Both the position numbers and the translations under genes were made by a program. 64,000 nucleotides of DNA from positions 78,797 through 142,796 of the forward strand of contig CAWVVY010000001.1 in assembly GCA_963933825.1 (NCBI GenBank), read 5' to 3'. Positions 52,745-61,510 of this stretch are shown piece by piece (the first letter of the stretch is position 1; every line of letters starts with the position of its first letter). The notes beneath the pieces were generated by a model. It saw only the letters and a list, made by a program, of their open reading frames with translations, did not search any database and was not told where the DNA came from. Source of the stretch: an uncultured Comamonadaceae bacterium (GTDB lineage Bacteria > Pseudomonadota > Gammaproteobacteria > Burkholderiales > Burkholderiaceae_C).

Positions 52745-53302
52745 ATGATTAAGCGAATACGCCCTCTATAGGACGTTTTTTGTTTCTACATACCCAAAAA
52801 CATACCCAAGATTTTTGGCTGCTCACGGCTCATTGCCATCGGTCCGCGTATTTGGCTGCTGCCCTTTGGGGTCACGTTGCGATCTGTTTGCCACACCAGT
52901 TTCTGATGTTCTGCCTGCGCAGACCCCACCGTACCCCCACCCCCCATTTTCTCAAATGGGTCCCCCCAGAACACTTGTACAGTGTTCCGCTCAAACGATT
53001 TAAAAATCAGGGGATCTCTGTCTAAGGTTAGACACCCAGCTAGTGTGCGCATGGTGCGCGCCATGGTTTATCGAGGAGGGGGTCAGTTTAAACCTTTAGC
53101 CTTCTTAAGACCGTTTAACCACCAATCGATATAGTGAATCGCCCCGGGTTTCATGGGCGATATTTTCTCAGACTGGGCTTGCTACAGACACACCGAAACC
53201 GGAGTTACGCAGTGGATCCTTAGGGGAAACACTTAAGTCGCCTAAAGCTCAGGTTGATAGAATTTAATCCTCTTAAGATGTTTTCATTGTTGAGGAAATA
53301 TC

Positions 53303-54919
53303 ATGTTTGTGCTCGCTTGGTTATTTGGTATTGCGGCGACTCTGGTCTTTATTGCGATCTTAGTCACCTTTTTAAATCACTTCTATCGTAAATCCAGTCG
53401 TGACCTCGCGATCATTCGTACTGGATTCGGTGGTCAAAAAACCCTCATTTCAGGGGGTTGTTTGGCGTTGCCTTTCCTTCATAAAATTGACGAAATAAAT
53501 TTGCGAACTATTCGAATTGAAGTTCGTCGGATCGCTGAAAAATCGCTGATTACTGAAGATCGCATGCGAGTAGATGCCGAACTTGAGTTCTATGTGCGAG
53601 TACAGCCCACAATTGAAGGTGTCGCTACAGCAGCCCAGTCGCTTGGTTCAAAGGCATTCAATACTGAAGGTATTCGAAACTTGCTCGAAGGTCGATTCAT
53701 TGATGCTGTCCAAGCGATTGCCGCAAGTCTCACCATGGACCAAATCCATGAGAAAAGATCCCAATTTGTTGCTGAAATTTCCGCATTACTCAAAGATAAT
53801 TTGGCTGAAAATGGTGTGATTCTTAGCTCAGTCTCATTGACACGATTGGATCAGACATCATTTTCTTCATTGGATGAGAATAATGCATTTAACTCAGTAG
53901 GAATGCGACGATTAGCCGAAATAATTGCTGTTAACCGAAAAAAGAGAGTCCAGATCGAAGCAGAAGCAGATATTTCTGTTCTCCAAACTCAATTAGATGC
54001 CACCAAGCAACGACTGCATTTAAATCAGCAAGAAGAAGAGGCGCAAATTCGGCAGCGACTGGAACTTGATAAAATCAAAGCCCAGAGTGAGTCCCAGGCT
54101 GCTGAAGCTCGTGAAGTTGCCCAGGCCACTTCTGAATCTGCTCGAATTAGTCGAGAGCAAGAAATTCGGATGCGTGAAATTCAAAAACAACGTGAATTAA
54201 ATAAAATAGAAATAGAATCGCAGCTCAACTCAGCGATGCGGAAAATAGATAGCTCGATAACGTTAGCTGCGAAAAATGCTGAAGAGGCGAGTGCCCAGGC
54301 GGCAGCTGAATTAGCTCGAACAGCCGTTATATTGGCTCAAGAAAAAGTTCAAACTGATCGAGAGCGCGCGGTCGCCGACCGCTCACTTGAGATGGCTCTT
54401 AAGCGTGTGAAAGAAGCTGGTGAAGTCGCTGAAGCAAATGCAGCCTCTGAGACAACGGTGTTATTGAAGCACGCTAAGGCAGCAGCTGAAGCCACGCTCA
54501 CTCGTGCGCATGCAGAAAAAACACGTATGTTGGCTGAGTCCGAGGGGTCGCGTGCAATGATTGATGCTGAAAATGCTCTTAGCACACCTGTGCTAAATAT
54601 GAAGTTGGAGCAATACCGGCTTGACCGATTACCTGACATCATGGCGCAAATGATGAAGCCAGTCGAAAAAATAGACAGCATTCGTATCAACCATGTCAGT
54701 GGCTTTGGTGCGACTAGCGGTTCCGCTACGCTAGGCACTGGAGGTTCCAGTGTTCACGGTAGTGATAAGCCGCCGGTAACACAAGTCATGGACAGCATTT
54801 TAGGAATGGCACTTCAATTGCCCGCGCTAAAAAGTATCGGTGACCAAATTGGTGTCGACTTATCTGGTGCCATTGGCGCCGCTTCCAAGCCGACGCCTAA
54901 TAACGATCAAAAAACCTGA
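53303..54919 (+). CDS. Flotillin-like SPFH/band-7 family protein (YqiK/FloT-like)
   Basis: GAGGA RBS, N-terminal TM helix, SPFH domain, then a long Glu/Ala/Gln-rich coiled coil. 538 aa. Confidence 0.8.
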   Translation: MFVLAWLFGIAATLVFIAILVTFLNHFYRKSSRDLAIIRTGFGGQKTLISGGCLALPFLHKIDEINLRTIRIEVRRIAEKSLITEDRMRVDAELEFYVRVQPTIEGVATAAQSLGSKAFNTEGIRNLLEGRFIDAVQAIAASLTMDQIHEKRSQFVAEISALLKDNLAENGVILSSVSLTRLDQTSFSSLDENNAFNSVGMRRLAEIIAVNRKKRVQIEAEADISVLQTQLDATKQRLHLNQQEEEAQIRQRLELDKIKAQSESQAAEAREVAQATSESARISREQEIRMREIQKQRELNKIEIESQLNSAMRKIDSSITLAAKNAEEASAQAAAELARTAVILAQEKVQTDRERAVADRSLEMALKRVKEAGEVAEANAASETTVLLKHAKAAAEATLTRAHAEKTRMLAESEGSRAMIDAENALSTPVLNMKLEQYRLDRLPDIMAQMMKPVEKIDSIRINHVSGFGATSGSATLGTGGSSVHGSDKPPVTQVMDSILGMALQLPALKSIGDQIGVDLSGAIGAASKPTPNNDQKT

Positions 54920-54993
54920 TTCCTCTTCCACTTAAAACTCAGTTTTCTCCCTGAAACCAACGAGCTTCTCGCTCACTACTTAGGACTAACACC

Positions 54994-56229
54994 ATGAGCT
55001 TTTCACGACGTAAATTCTTGGCCGGAACTGGTACTGCAGGCCTAGCCGTAATGGGCGCGACAATTCCATTTGAGCTGGTTTTGGCACAAGGGTCGCCCAT
55101 TAAGCTTGGCTCAATTTTAGACAATTCGGGAAACCTCGATGCGTATGGAAAACCTATGGTGATGGCTACCACACTGGCGGTTGAAGAGCTTAATGCAGCT
55201 GGTGGTTTGCTAGGCCGAAAAATTGACTTGATTCAATATGACTCACAGTCAAATATGGCACTTTATACAAAATATGCACAGCAACTTACCCGCAGCGATA
55301 ATGTCGATGTGATGCATGGAGGTATTACGTCAGCTTCACGAGAAGCTGTTCGCCAAACGTTGCATCGTGCCAATACCTTGTATTTTTACAACGTACTGTA
55401 CGAAGGTGGGGTATGTGATCGTAATATTGTGTGTACAGGGACCACTCCCGCCCAGGCTGCAGAACCGATTGTTGAAGTTGCCCTCAAGGAATGGGGGAAT
55501 ACGGCATACATACTAGCAGCGGACTATAATTACGGTCAAATTACAGCAAAATGGCTTAAGCACTACATCACTCAAGGTGGTGGAAAAGTATTGCAAACTG
55601 ACTTCTTTCCGCTTGACGTGGCTGACTTTGGCTCGACTATCGCTAAAATTCAGCAAGCAAAACCCAAATTTTTGGTTGCAGCTTTAGTCGGTGGCGCGCA
55701 CATGTCATTCTTTCGCCAATGGGCGGCTACAGGAATGAATAAGAAAATACCCATGTGTTCAACAACATTTGGGGTTGGTAATGAGCATCTCGCGTTATCG
55801 GCAGCAGAAGGTGACGGTATCCTGATAGCGGGTAACTACAGCCAAGAAAATACAAACCCCTCCAACAAAGACTTCCTAGCTAAGTGGGCCAAACGTTTCG
55901 GAGATACGAAGCTCATACATGAAATTGCTGTTTCTCAGTACCAGGGCATCATGCTATGGGCCGAATGCGTTAAGAAGGCCGGATCACTCGACCGTGAAAA
56001 AATGCTGGCAGCGATCGAGTCAGGTGTCAGCATTCAGGGTCCGGGTGGGACGATTACCCTAGAGCCTAAAACACATCATGCTATATTGGACATTAATGTA
56101 ATGGAAGTGAAAAACCAAAAACTCACAATCAAGAAACAATATAAAGCTCGTATGCCATCAGATACACTTCAATTCTGTGATTTGCAGAAAAATCCAAAAG
56201 AAAATAAACAATTCGAAGTTAAAATTTAA
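54994..56229 (+). CDS. Urea/short-chain-amide-type (UrtA/AmiC/FmdD family) ABC substrate-binding protein with a twin-arginine motif
   Basis: MSFSRRKFLAGTG... signal. Collinear with the core UrtA in this window (IKLGSILDNSGNL / IKIGVLHSLSGTM; YNVLYEG / YPVQYEG). Confidence 0.85.
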   Translation: MSFSRRKFLAGTGTAGLAVMGATIPFELVLAQGSPIKLGSILDNSGNLDAYGKPMVMATTLAVEELNAAGGLLGRKIDLIQYDSQSNMALYTKYAQQLTRSDNVDVMHGGITSASREAVRQTLHRANTLYFYNVLYEGGVCDRNIVCTGTTPAQAAEPIVEVALKEWGNTAYILAADYNYGQITAKWLKHYITQGGGKVLQTDFFPLDVADFGSTIAKIQQAKPKFLVAALVGGAHMSFFRQWAATGMNKKIPMCSTTFGVGNEHLALSAAEGDGILIAGNYSQENTNPSNKDFLAKWAKRFGDTKLIHEIAVSQYQGIMLWAECVKKAGSLDREKMLAAIESGVSIQGPGGTITLEPKTHHAILDINVMEVKNQKLTIKKQYKARMPSDTLQFCDLQKNPKENKQFEVKI

Positions 56230-56241
56230 CAATAAATTGTT

Positions 56242-56267
56242 CCCCGGATTGTGTAATCCGGGGTTTT
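56242..56267 (+). terminator. Hairpin + T-run between the binding-protein and permease genes (partial terminator/attenuator)
   Basis: CCCCGGA-ttgtgtaa-TCCGGGG followed by TTTT. Confidence 0.6.
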
Positions 56268-56285
56268 CTATTTAAAAAGGTTGAT

Positions 56286-57152
56286 ATGGATTACGCGGCA
56301 GTTGTTACTTTGGAAATCATCTACATGATTGCCTTTTTGATTCTGACTAGCGCCGGATTAGCTGTCATTTTCGGAATGATGAAAGTCATTAATTTGGCGC
56401 ACGGTGAGTTCGTAATGGTTGGGGGCTACACTACGATCGCTTGTGCAAAAGCAAATATAAATATTTATTTTGCAATGCTCATTATAGCGCCAGTTGTCGT
56501 GGGTATATTAGGCTTATTGGTTGAGAGACTTGTGGTACGTCATCTTTACGGGCGTATGGTTGACACAATGTTAGCAACATGGGGGCTGTCGCTAATGATG
56601 GTCGGGATTGTGACATTTATTTTTGGAAACACAGCGGTCAGTGTACCAGCGCCTATTTCAGGCTATTCAGTCGGTCAGTTCCAAATGGGGGGATATAATT
56701 TGTTCATCATTGTAATTGCCGCATTATTAGTTGTTTCCATGTTTTTGGTAATGCGCTTTACACGACTCGGCCTTGTTGCGCGCGGAGCAATGCAGAGTGC
56801 TGATGTTGCATCCTCGTTGGGCTATGACCCTCAACGAGTGTACATGTGGACATTTGCTGTTGGATCCGCACTATCTGGTCTGGCTGGCGGTGTGCTTGCA
56901 CCACTGACCGGTTTACTGCCTTCCTCTGGTGCCGCTTATGTGGCCAAAGCTTTTATTACCGTCGTTACAGGCGGTGGGGCTTTCATTACCGGAACTTTGT
57001 CGAGTTCAATTATTTTTGGTTCCATCAACCAAGCTGTGTCTTTCGCCTCAACGCCCGTGATAGGGGAAGTCGCTATGCTGGCCATTGCCGTTGTGCTATT
57101 ACGTGTGATGCCGCAAGGTATTACAGGTCGATTTTTTCGTAACGCGACATGA
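56286..57152 (+). CDS. LivH/UrtB-type ABC permease (short form, 288 aa)
   Basis: The KVINLAHGE motif and multiple TM segments. Paralogous to the C-terminal half of the core UrtB. Confidence 0.88.
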   Translation: MDYAAVVTLEIIYMIAFLILTSAGLAVIFGMMKVINLAHGEFVMVGGYTTIACAKANINIYFAMLIIAPVVVGILGLLVERLVVRHLYGRMVDTMLATWGLSLMMVGIVTFIFGNTAVSVPAPISGYSVGQFQMGGYNLFIIVIAALLVVSMFLVMRFTRLGLVARGAMQSADVASSLGYDPQRVYMWTFAVGSALSGLAGGVLAPLTGLLPSSGAAYVAKAFITVVTGGGAFITGTLSSSIIFGSINQAVSFASTPVIGEVAMLAIAVVLLRVMPQGITGRFFRNAT

Positions 57153-58246
57153 TTGGTGACGCCGCCAATTTCTCCAGTGCAGGTCGTACTCAATGGGTCT
57201 GGATAGTTCCAGTAGTTATTCTGTTGTTGGTTTTGCCTGCTGTGTTAGATACGAGCACGCCCACACTGCTTGCTATCTGGGCTTTGTTTGCCTTATCGCT
57301 GGGTTTAATGTGGGGGTATGCAGGTATTCTCAGCTTTGGGCATGCTGCCTATTTTGGTCTCGGAGCCTATACCTACGCGATTACTGCCATGAATTTGGGT
57401 GAGAGCACGGCAGCTTGGATACTGGCTATTCTCCTCCCAGCTTTTGTGGCATCTCTCATTGGCGCAATGATGTTTTACGGTCGCATTAGCGATGTTTACA
57501 TGGGCGTAATCACTTTAGTTTTCTCGTTAATATTAGCAAAATTCATGGGAGCAACAGCTGGAGAAGCCTATCGCATCGGAAGTACTCGTTTAGGTGGGTT
57601 TAATGGTATTCCGGCATTTCCAATTATCAACGTGCCGGGTGACCCTTCTACACCAATTTTCGGGACGCCTTTTTATTATTTAGTCATCTGTTGTTTAGTG
57701 TTTTGCTATCTCATTGCGCGTTGGGTATTGTCTAGCGCTTTCGGTCGAATTTTACTGGGGATCCGCGAAAATGAGGCGCGTATCGAATTACTGGGCTACG
57801 ACGCAGCAGCTTACAAAACAGGTATTTTTTCGCTGTCAGCTGCTATGGCTGGCATGGCCGGTTGTCTTTACGCTAGTTGGGCAGAAATCGTCACACCAGC
57901 ATTGTTTGGGCTAGGGCAATCGGTTGAGGTCATCATCTGGGTAATCGCCGGTGGTCTTGGTACCTTGATGGGGCCAGTAATAGGGGCAGGACTACTCGGG
58001 TCACTCAAGTTATTACTTGGATCTCAAACGTATGTCGATAACTCGCTGGTTATTGGAAGTATTTTGGTATTGGTAGTCCTTGTGCTGCCTCGTGGTTTAT
58101 TGCCCACTTTGACAGGCTGGCGCCGACGACAGGATCACCGTAGTGTTCGTCGTGCTCGAACCAATAGTATGCGCCGACGTGGGGGTGAGACCCGCCGCCC
58201 TCAACAACGCGCTGCTGGCAACAACCAGAATGAGCAGGAGACATGA
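57149..58246 (+). CDS. LivM/UrtC-type ABC permease with an Arg-rich C-terminal tail
   Basis: Start overlaps the upstream stop (ATGA). Multi-TM product paralogous to the core UrtC. The last ~41 aa contain about a dozen Arg. Confidence 0.88.
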   Translation: MIGDAANFSSAGRTQWVWIVPVVILLLVLPAVLDTSTPTLLAIWALFALSLGLMWGYAGILSFGHAAYFGLGAYTYAITAMNLGESTAAWILAILLPAFVASLIGAMMFYGRISDVYMGVITLVFSLILAKFMGATAGEAYRIGSTRLGGFNGIPAFPIINVPGDPSTPIFGTPFYYLVICCLVFCYLIARWVLSSAFGRILLGIRENEARIELLGYDAAAYKTGIFSLSAAMAGMAGCLYASWAEIVTPALFGLGQSVEVIIWVIAGGLGTLMGPVIGAGLLGSLKLLLGSQTYVDNSLVIGSILVLVVLVLPRGLLPTLTGWRRRQDHRSVRRARTNSMRRRGGETRRPQQRAAGNNQNEQET

Positions 58247-58968
58247 GCGAAGTTATTGTCGAAACCCGTGATCTGTCTATGCGGTTTGGTGGTGTACTTG
58301 CCATCAACAATGTAAATTTTAATTTGCATGAGCGAGAAATGCGCTGCCTGATCGGTCCTAATGGTGCGGGTAAAAGTACCTTATTTAAATGCCTGACTGG
58401 GCAACAAAAAATCAATCACAGCAACGGCCACGTGTTCATCCGCGGACAGGATGTCACAGGCTGGCAGCCACATGAAATCGTGCAACTTGGTGTCGGAGTA
58501 AAAACTCAAGTACCTTCTCTCATGAACGGCTTGACAGTCTGGGAGAATCTGTGGCTGGCGGCTCGTCGGATCCATGGCAAACAGGGCGCATCGCATGAGG
58601 TTGACCGAATGGTCATCGAACTAGATTTACAAACCCATTTACGCCGGAATGTAGGAGAACTCGCGCATGGCCAACGTCAGATCGTGGAAATTGGTTTGGT
58701 GCTTTGTCAGCGTCCTAAGCTTGTATTGTTAGATGAACCAGCAGCTGGTATTACCGGAGCGGAAGCTGATCGGTTGGTTGAACTAATTCATAGTATCAAT
58801 CTGCAGGCTGCTGTAGTGGTAGTTGATCATGACATGAATTTTGTCCGAATGCTTGGTGGTTCTGTAACTGTGCTGCACCAGGGAGCAGTGTTGATGGAGG
58901 GCACCGCCGACGCGGTTATGAACAATGAAAAAGTGCGGGAGGTATACATTGGCAACCGGGCGAAATGA
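58243..58968 (+). CDS. LivG/UrtD-type ABC ATP-binding protein
   Basis: GPNGAGKST, LAHGQRQIVEI and LVLLDEPAAG. ATGA overlap with the permease gene. Confidence 0.9.
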   Translation: MSEVIVETRDLSMRFGGVLAINNVNFNLHEREMRCLIGPNGAGKSTLFKCLTGQQKINHSNGHVFIRGQDVTGWQPHEIVQLGVGVKTQVPSLMNGLTVWENLWLAARRIHGKQGASHEVDRMVIELDLQTHLRRNVGELAHGQRQIVEIGLVLCQRPKLVLLDEPAAGITGAEADRLVELIHSINLQAAVVVVDHDMNFVRMLGGSVTVLHQGAVLMEGTADAVMNNEKVREVYIGNRAK

Positions 58969-61472
58969 TCATGGCTGAAAAACTCCTATCTAATCCAGTC
59001 GATTTTGAGCACGCTGATGTGGTGCTCAAGGTATCCGAACTTCACGCCGGCTACGGACATGTTCCCGTTTTGAATGGCGTCAATCTGGAAGTCCGCGAGG
59101 GTGAGGCGGTTGGCGTTGTAGGTCACAACGGCATGGGTAAAACAACGCTGCTAAAAGTTATCATGGGGTTGATTGTGTCTACCGGTGGCCGTATCGAACT
59201 CGATGGAACCGATGCCACAGACTTCGCTGCACATCAGCGCGCACAAATGGGTATTGGCTATGTGCCTCAGGGTCGAGGTATTTTGCCTGGTCTTACCGCA
59301 CTTGAAAACATCCGGATGGCCTGGCGCGAAGACATCGGGGAGACTGAAGAGCAGTCTGTCGAACGCGTAGTCGATCAGTTCCCTCGTTTAGGGGCTTTGC
59401 TGGACCGCAAGGGTGGATCGTTGTCAGGTGGAGAACAGCAGATTCTAGCGCTAGCTCGTGCTCTTGTTCCGAGGCCTTGGCTGCTGCTGCTGGACGAGCC
59501 CAGCGAAGGTATACAGCCATCCATCGTGCAAGAAATTGGAAGTACTTTGTCTAGCTTGCGTGACGAGTTTGGGTTGGCATTGGTCATTGTTGAACAAAAT
59601 TTGGATCTAGTGCTGGATGTGTCGAACCGCGTGGTTGTGTTCGAGCGCGGCCATATCATCAAGGAATTGAAGACTGACGATTTGCGTGGTGGTGGCTTAA
59701 GTGAACTATTGGGAATGGGTTCTGCGCGGATATCGAACCGATCGAATGACGAAGGTAGCAAGCCATTTGAAGCCGTTCATATGCCAAAGCGCCAAAGCGA
59801 GGAACATAACCAATCACAAATCGAAAACACTGGCTACACCGATCTCAGCAGTAAGAGCATTACCAGCCACCAGCTTCGCAACAAAGCTACTTCAATTCAC
59901 AAACGGTCGCATTCAAACGCAATCGATTCAATGGCTAAAGCCACCGAGGGAATCATGTCTACCGTCAAACGTCCTACTGTCGATCAGATGCACACTATCG
60001 TCGAGTCACTACACATGAATATGTCATCGCGTGAAGTGGCCGAGTATTTGGAAATCATGGAAGGCACTTTCCAGTCCTACGACAGGCTGACTCAGTTGCC
60101 GGACAACCTTCCGCCCGTTCGCTATCCGCGTACCCCTGGTATCAAACCTAGTCCTGCTGACAACCCCCTCAACGCCTGGGCAGTCAAGAGCGAAGTTCAC
60201 GGTGCTGTGCATGGGCCGCTGTCTGGCAAGCGCGTGGTACTTAAGGACAATATTTGTCTGGCAGGGGTGCCGCTTATGAATGGTGCGTCGTCGCTTGAAG
60301 GTTATGTGCCCGATCTTGACGCCACGCTTGTCACGCGTATTCTGGACGCAGGGGGTACCATCGTTGGTAAGGCGCATTGCGAGTATTTTTGTTTGTCCGG
60401 CGGCAGCCACACCTGCGCAGCTGGTCCCGTGCACAACCCTTATCGCTACGGTTATTCTGCGGGTGGCTCATCATCGGGTTCAGCTTCGCTTGTAGGCTCC
60501 GGTGAGATTGGTATGGCTATAGGGGGTGACCAAGGTGGATCGATCAGAATGCCTGCGTCTTGGTGTGGCATCTACGGTTTAAAGCCAACCCATGGCTTGG
60601 TGCCCTACACCGGCGTTATGCCAATCGAAGCCACTATCGACCACGCTGGACCTATGACAGCCACAGTAGCTGACAATGCGCTGCTACTTGAAGCCATTGC
60701 CGGTGCCGACGGTTTGGACCCACGGCAGTCCAACGTGCGCGTTGACCGCTACACTGCCGCGCTTGGAAGGGGTGTTTCAGGACTTCGCGTCGGTGTATTG
60801 ACCGAAGGTTTCAACCGCCTCGAAAGCGAGCCCGATGTCGACAAGAAAGTGCATCAAGCTGCTGACCGATTGCGTGCGATGGGTGCAATTGTTGAAGACG
60901 TTTCTGTACCCATGCACATGGATGGCCCGGCTATTTGGACAGCGATTGCAATTGAAGGCCTTCAAGCCCAAATGATGAACGGCAATGGAATGGGCTTTAA
61001 CTGGAAGGGCTTGTACACCACCAGCTTACTGGATGCGCACTCTGCGTGGCGCGCCCGTGCTGATGAGTTGTCACCATCGCTCAAAGTATCCATGATGGCT
61101 GGTGAGTATTTCATTAAAAACTACCGTGGACATTTCTATGCTAAGGCGCAAAATTTAAGCCGAGTACTAGCCAATGCCTACGACGCCGCCTTGTCGCGCT
61201 ATGACTTACTGCTTTTGCCTACGCTGCCGATGAAGGCCACGCCAATTCCGCCATCTAATGCGCCGCTCAAATTGATCGTCCAACGCGCGCTCGAAATGCT
61301 GGGTAATACCTGCCCATTCAACGTAACGGGGCACCCCGCTATGAGTGTGCCTTGCGGCATGTCCAACGGCCTACCTATCGGAATGCAGCTGGTCGCCAAG
61401 CATTGGGACGAGTCCACCATTTATCGCGCTGCCCATGCCTTCGAGCAGTCGGGCGACTGGCGAAATTTTTAA
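58965..61472 (+). CDS. Fusion protein: LivF/UrtE-type ABC ATP-binding domain (aa 1-~251) + low-complexity linker + amidase-signature hydrolase (aa ~331-835)
   Basis: One uninterrupted 835-codon frame. The ATPase part has GHNGMGKTT, LSGGEQQILALARAL and LLLLDEPSEGIQPSI. The amidase part has LKDNI, GGSSSGS and GGSIRMPAS. Confidence 0.8.
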   Translation: MIMAEKLLSNPVDFEHADVVLKVSELHAGYGHVPVLNGVNLEVREGEAVGVVGHNGMGKTTLLKVIMGLIVSTGGRIELDGTDATDFAAHQRAQMGIGYVPQGRGILPGLTALENIRMAWREDIGETEEQSVERVVDQFPRLGALLDRKGGSLSGGEQQILALARALVPRPWLLLLDEPSEGIQPSIVQEIGSTLSSLRDEFGLALVIVEQNLDLVLDVSNRVVVFERGHIIKELKTDDLRGGGLSELLGMGSARISNRSNDEGSKPFEAVHMPKRQSEEHNQSQIENTGYTDLSSKSITSHQLRNKATSIHKRSHSNAIDSMAKATEGIMSTVKRPTVDQMHTIVESLHMNMSSREVAEYLEIMEGTFQSYDRLTQLPDNLPPVRYPRTPGIKPSPADNPLNAWAVKSEVHGAVHGPLSGKRVVLKDNICLAGVPLMNGASSLEGYVPDLDATLVTRILDAGGTIVGKAHCEYFCLSGGSHTCAAGPVHNPYRYGYSAGGSSSGSASLVGSGEIGMAIGGDQGGSIRMPASWCGIYGLKPTHGLVPYTGVMPIEATIDHAGPMTATVADNALLLEAIAGADGLDPRQSNVRVDRYTAALGRGVSGLRVGVLTEGFNRLESEPDVDKKVHQAADRLRAMGAIVEDVSVPMHMDGPAIWTAIAIEGLQAQMMNGNGMGFNWKGLYTTSLLDAHSAWRARADELSPSLKVSMMAGEYFIKNYRGHFYAKAQNLSRVLANAYDAALSRYDLLLLPTLPMKATPIPPSNAPLKLIVQRALEMLGNTCPFNVTGHPAMSVPCGMSNGLPIGMQLVAKHWDESTIYRAAHAFEQSGDWRNF

Positions 61473-61510
61473 CAAATCAAGAATTTTGAAAAAGTAGGAA
61501 CCAGGAAAAC

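Noticed and set aside
52786-53064. 92-aa minus-strand ORF next to tRNA-Ser, considered as an integrase remnant
   Set aside because: It has no tyrosine-recombinase C-terminal motifs (no R..H..R..Y pattern, no LGH). The Gly/Pro runs derive from the homopolymer C/G tracts. I cannot support it as a pseudogene without a tblastx search.
58050-58415. 121-aa minus-strand ORF across the permease/ATPase junction
   Set aside because: Antisense to two translationally coupled genes, and it mirrors the Arg-rich tail region. Shadow ORF.
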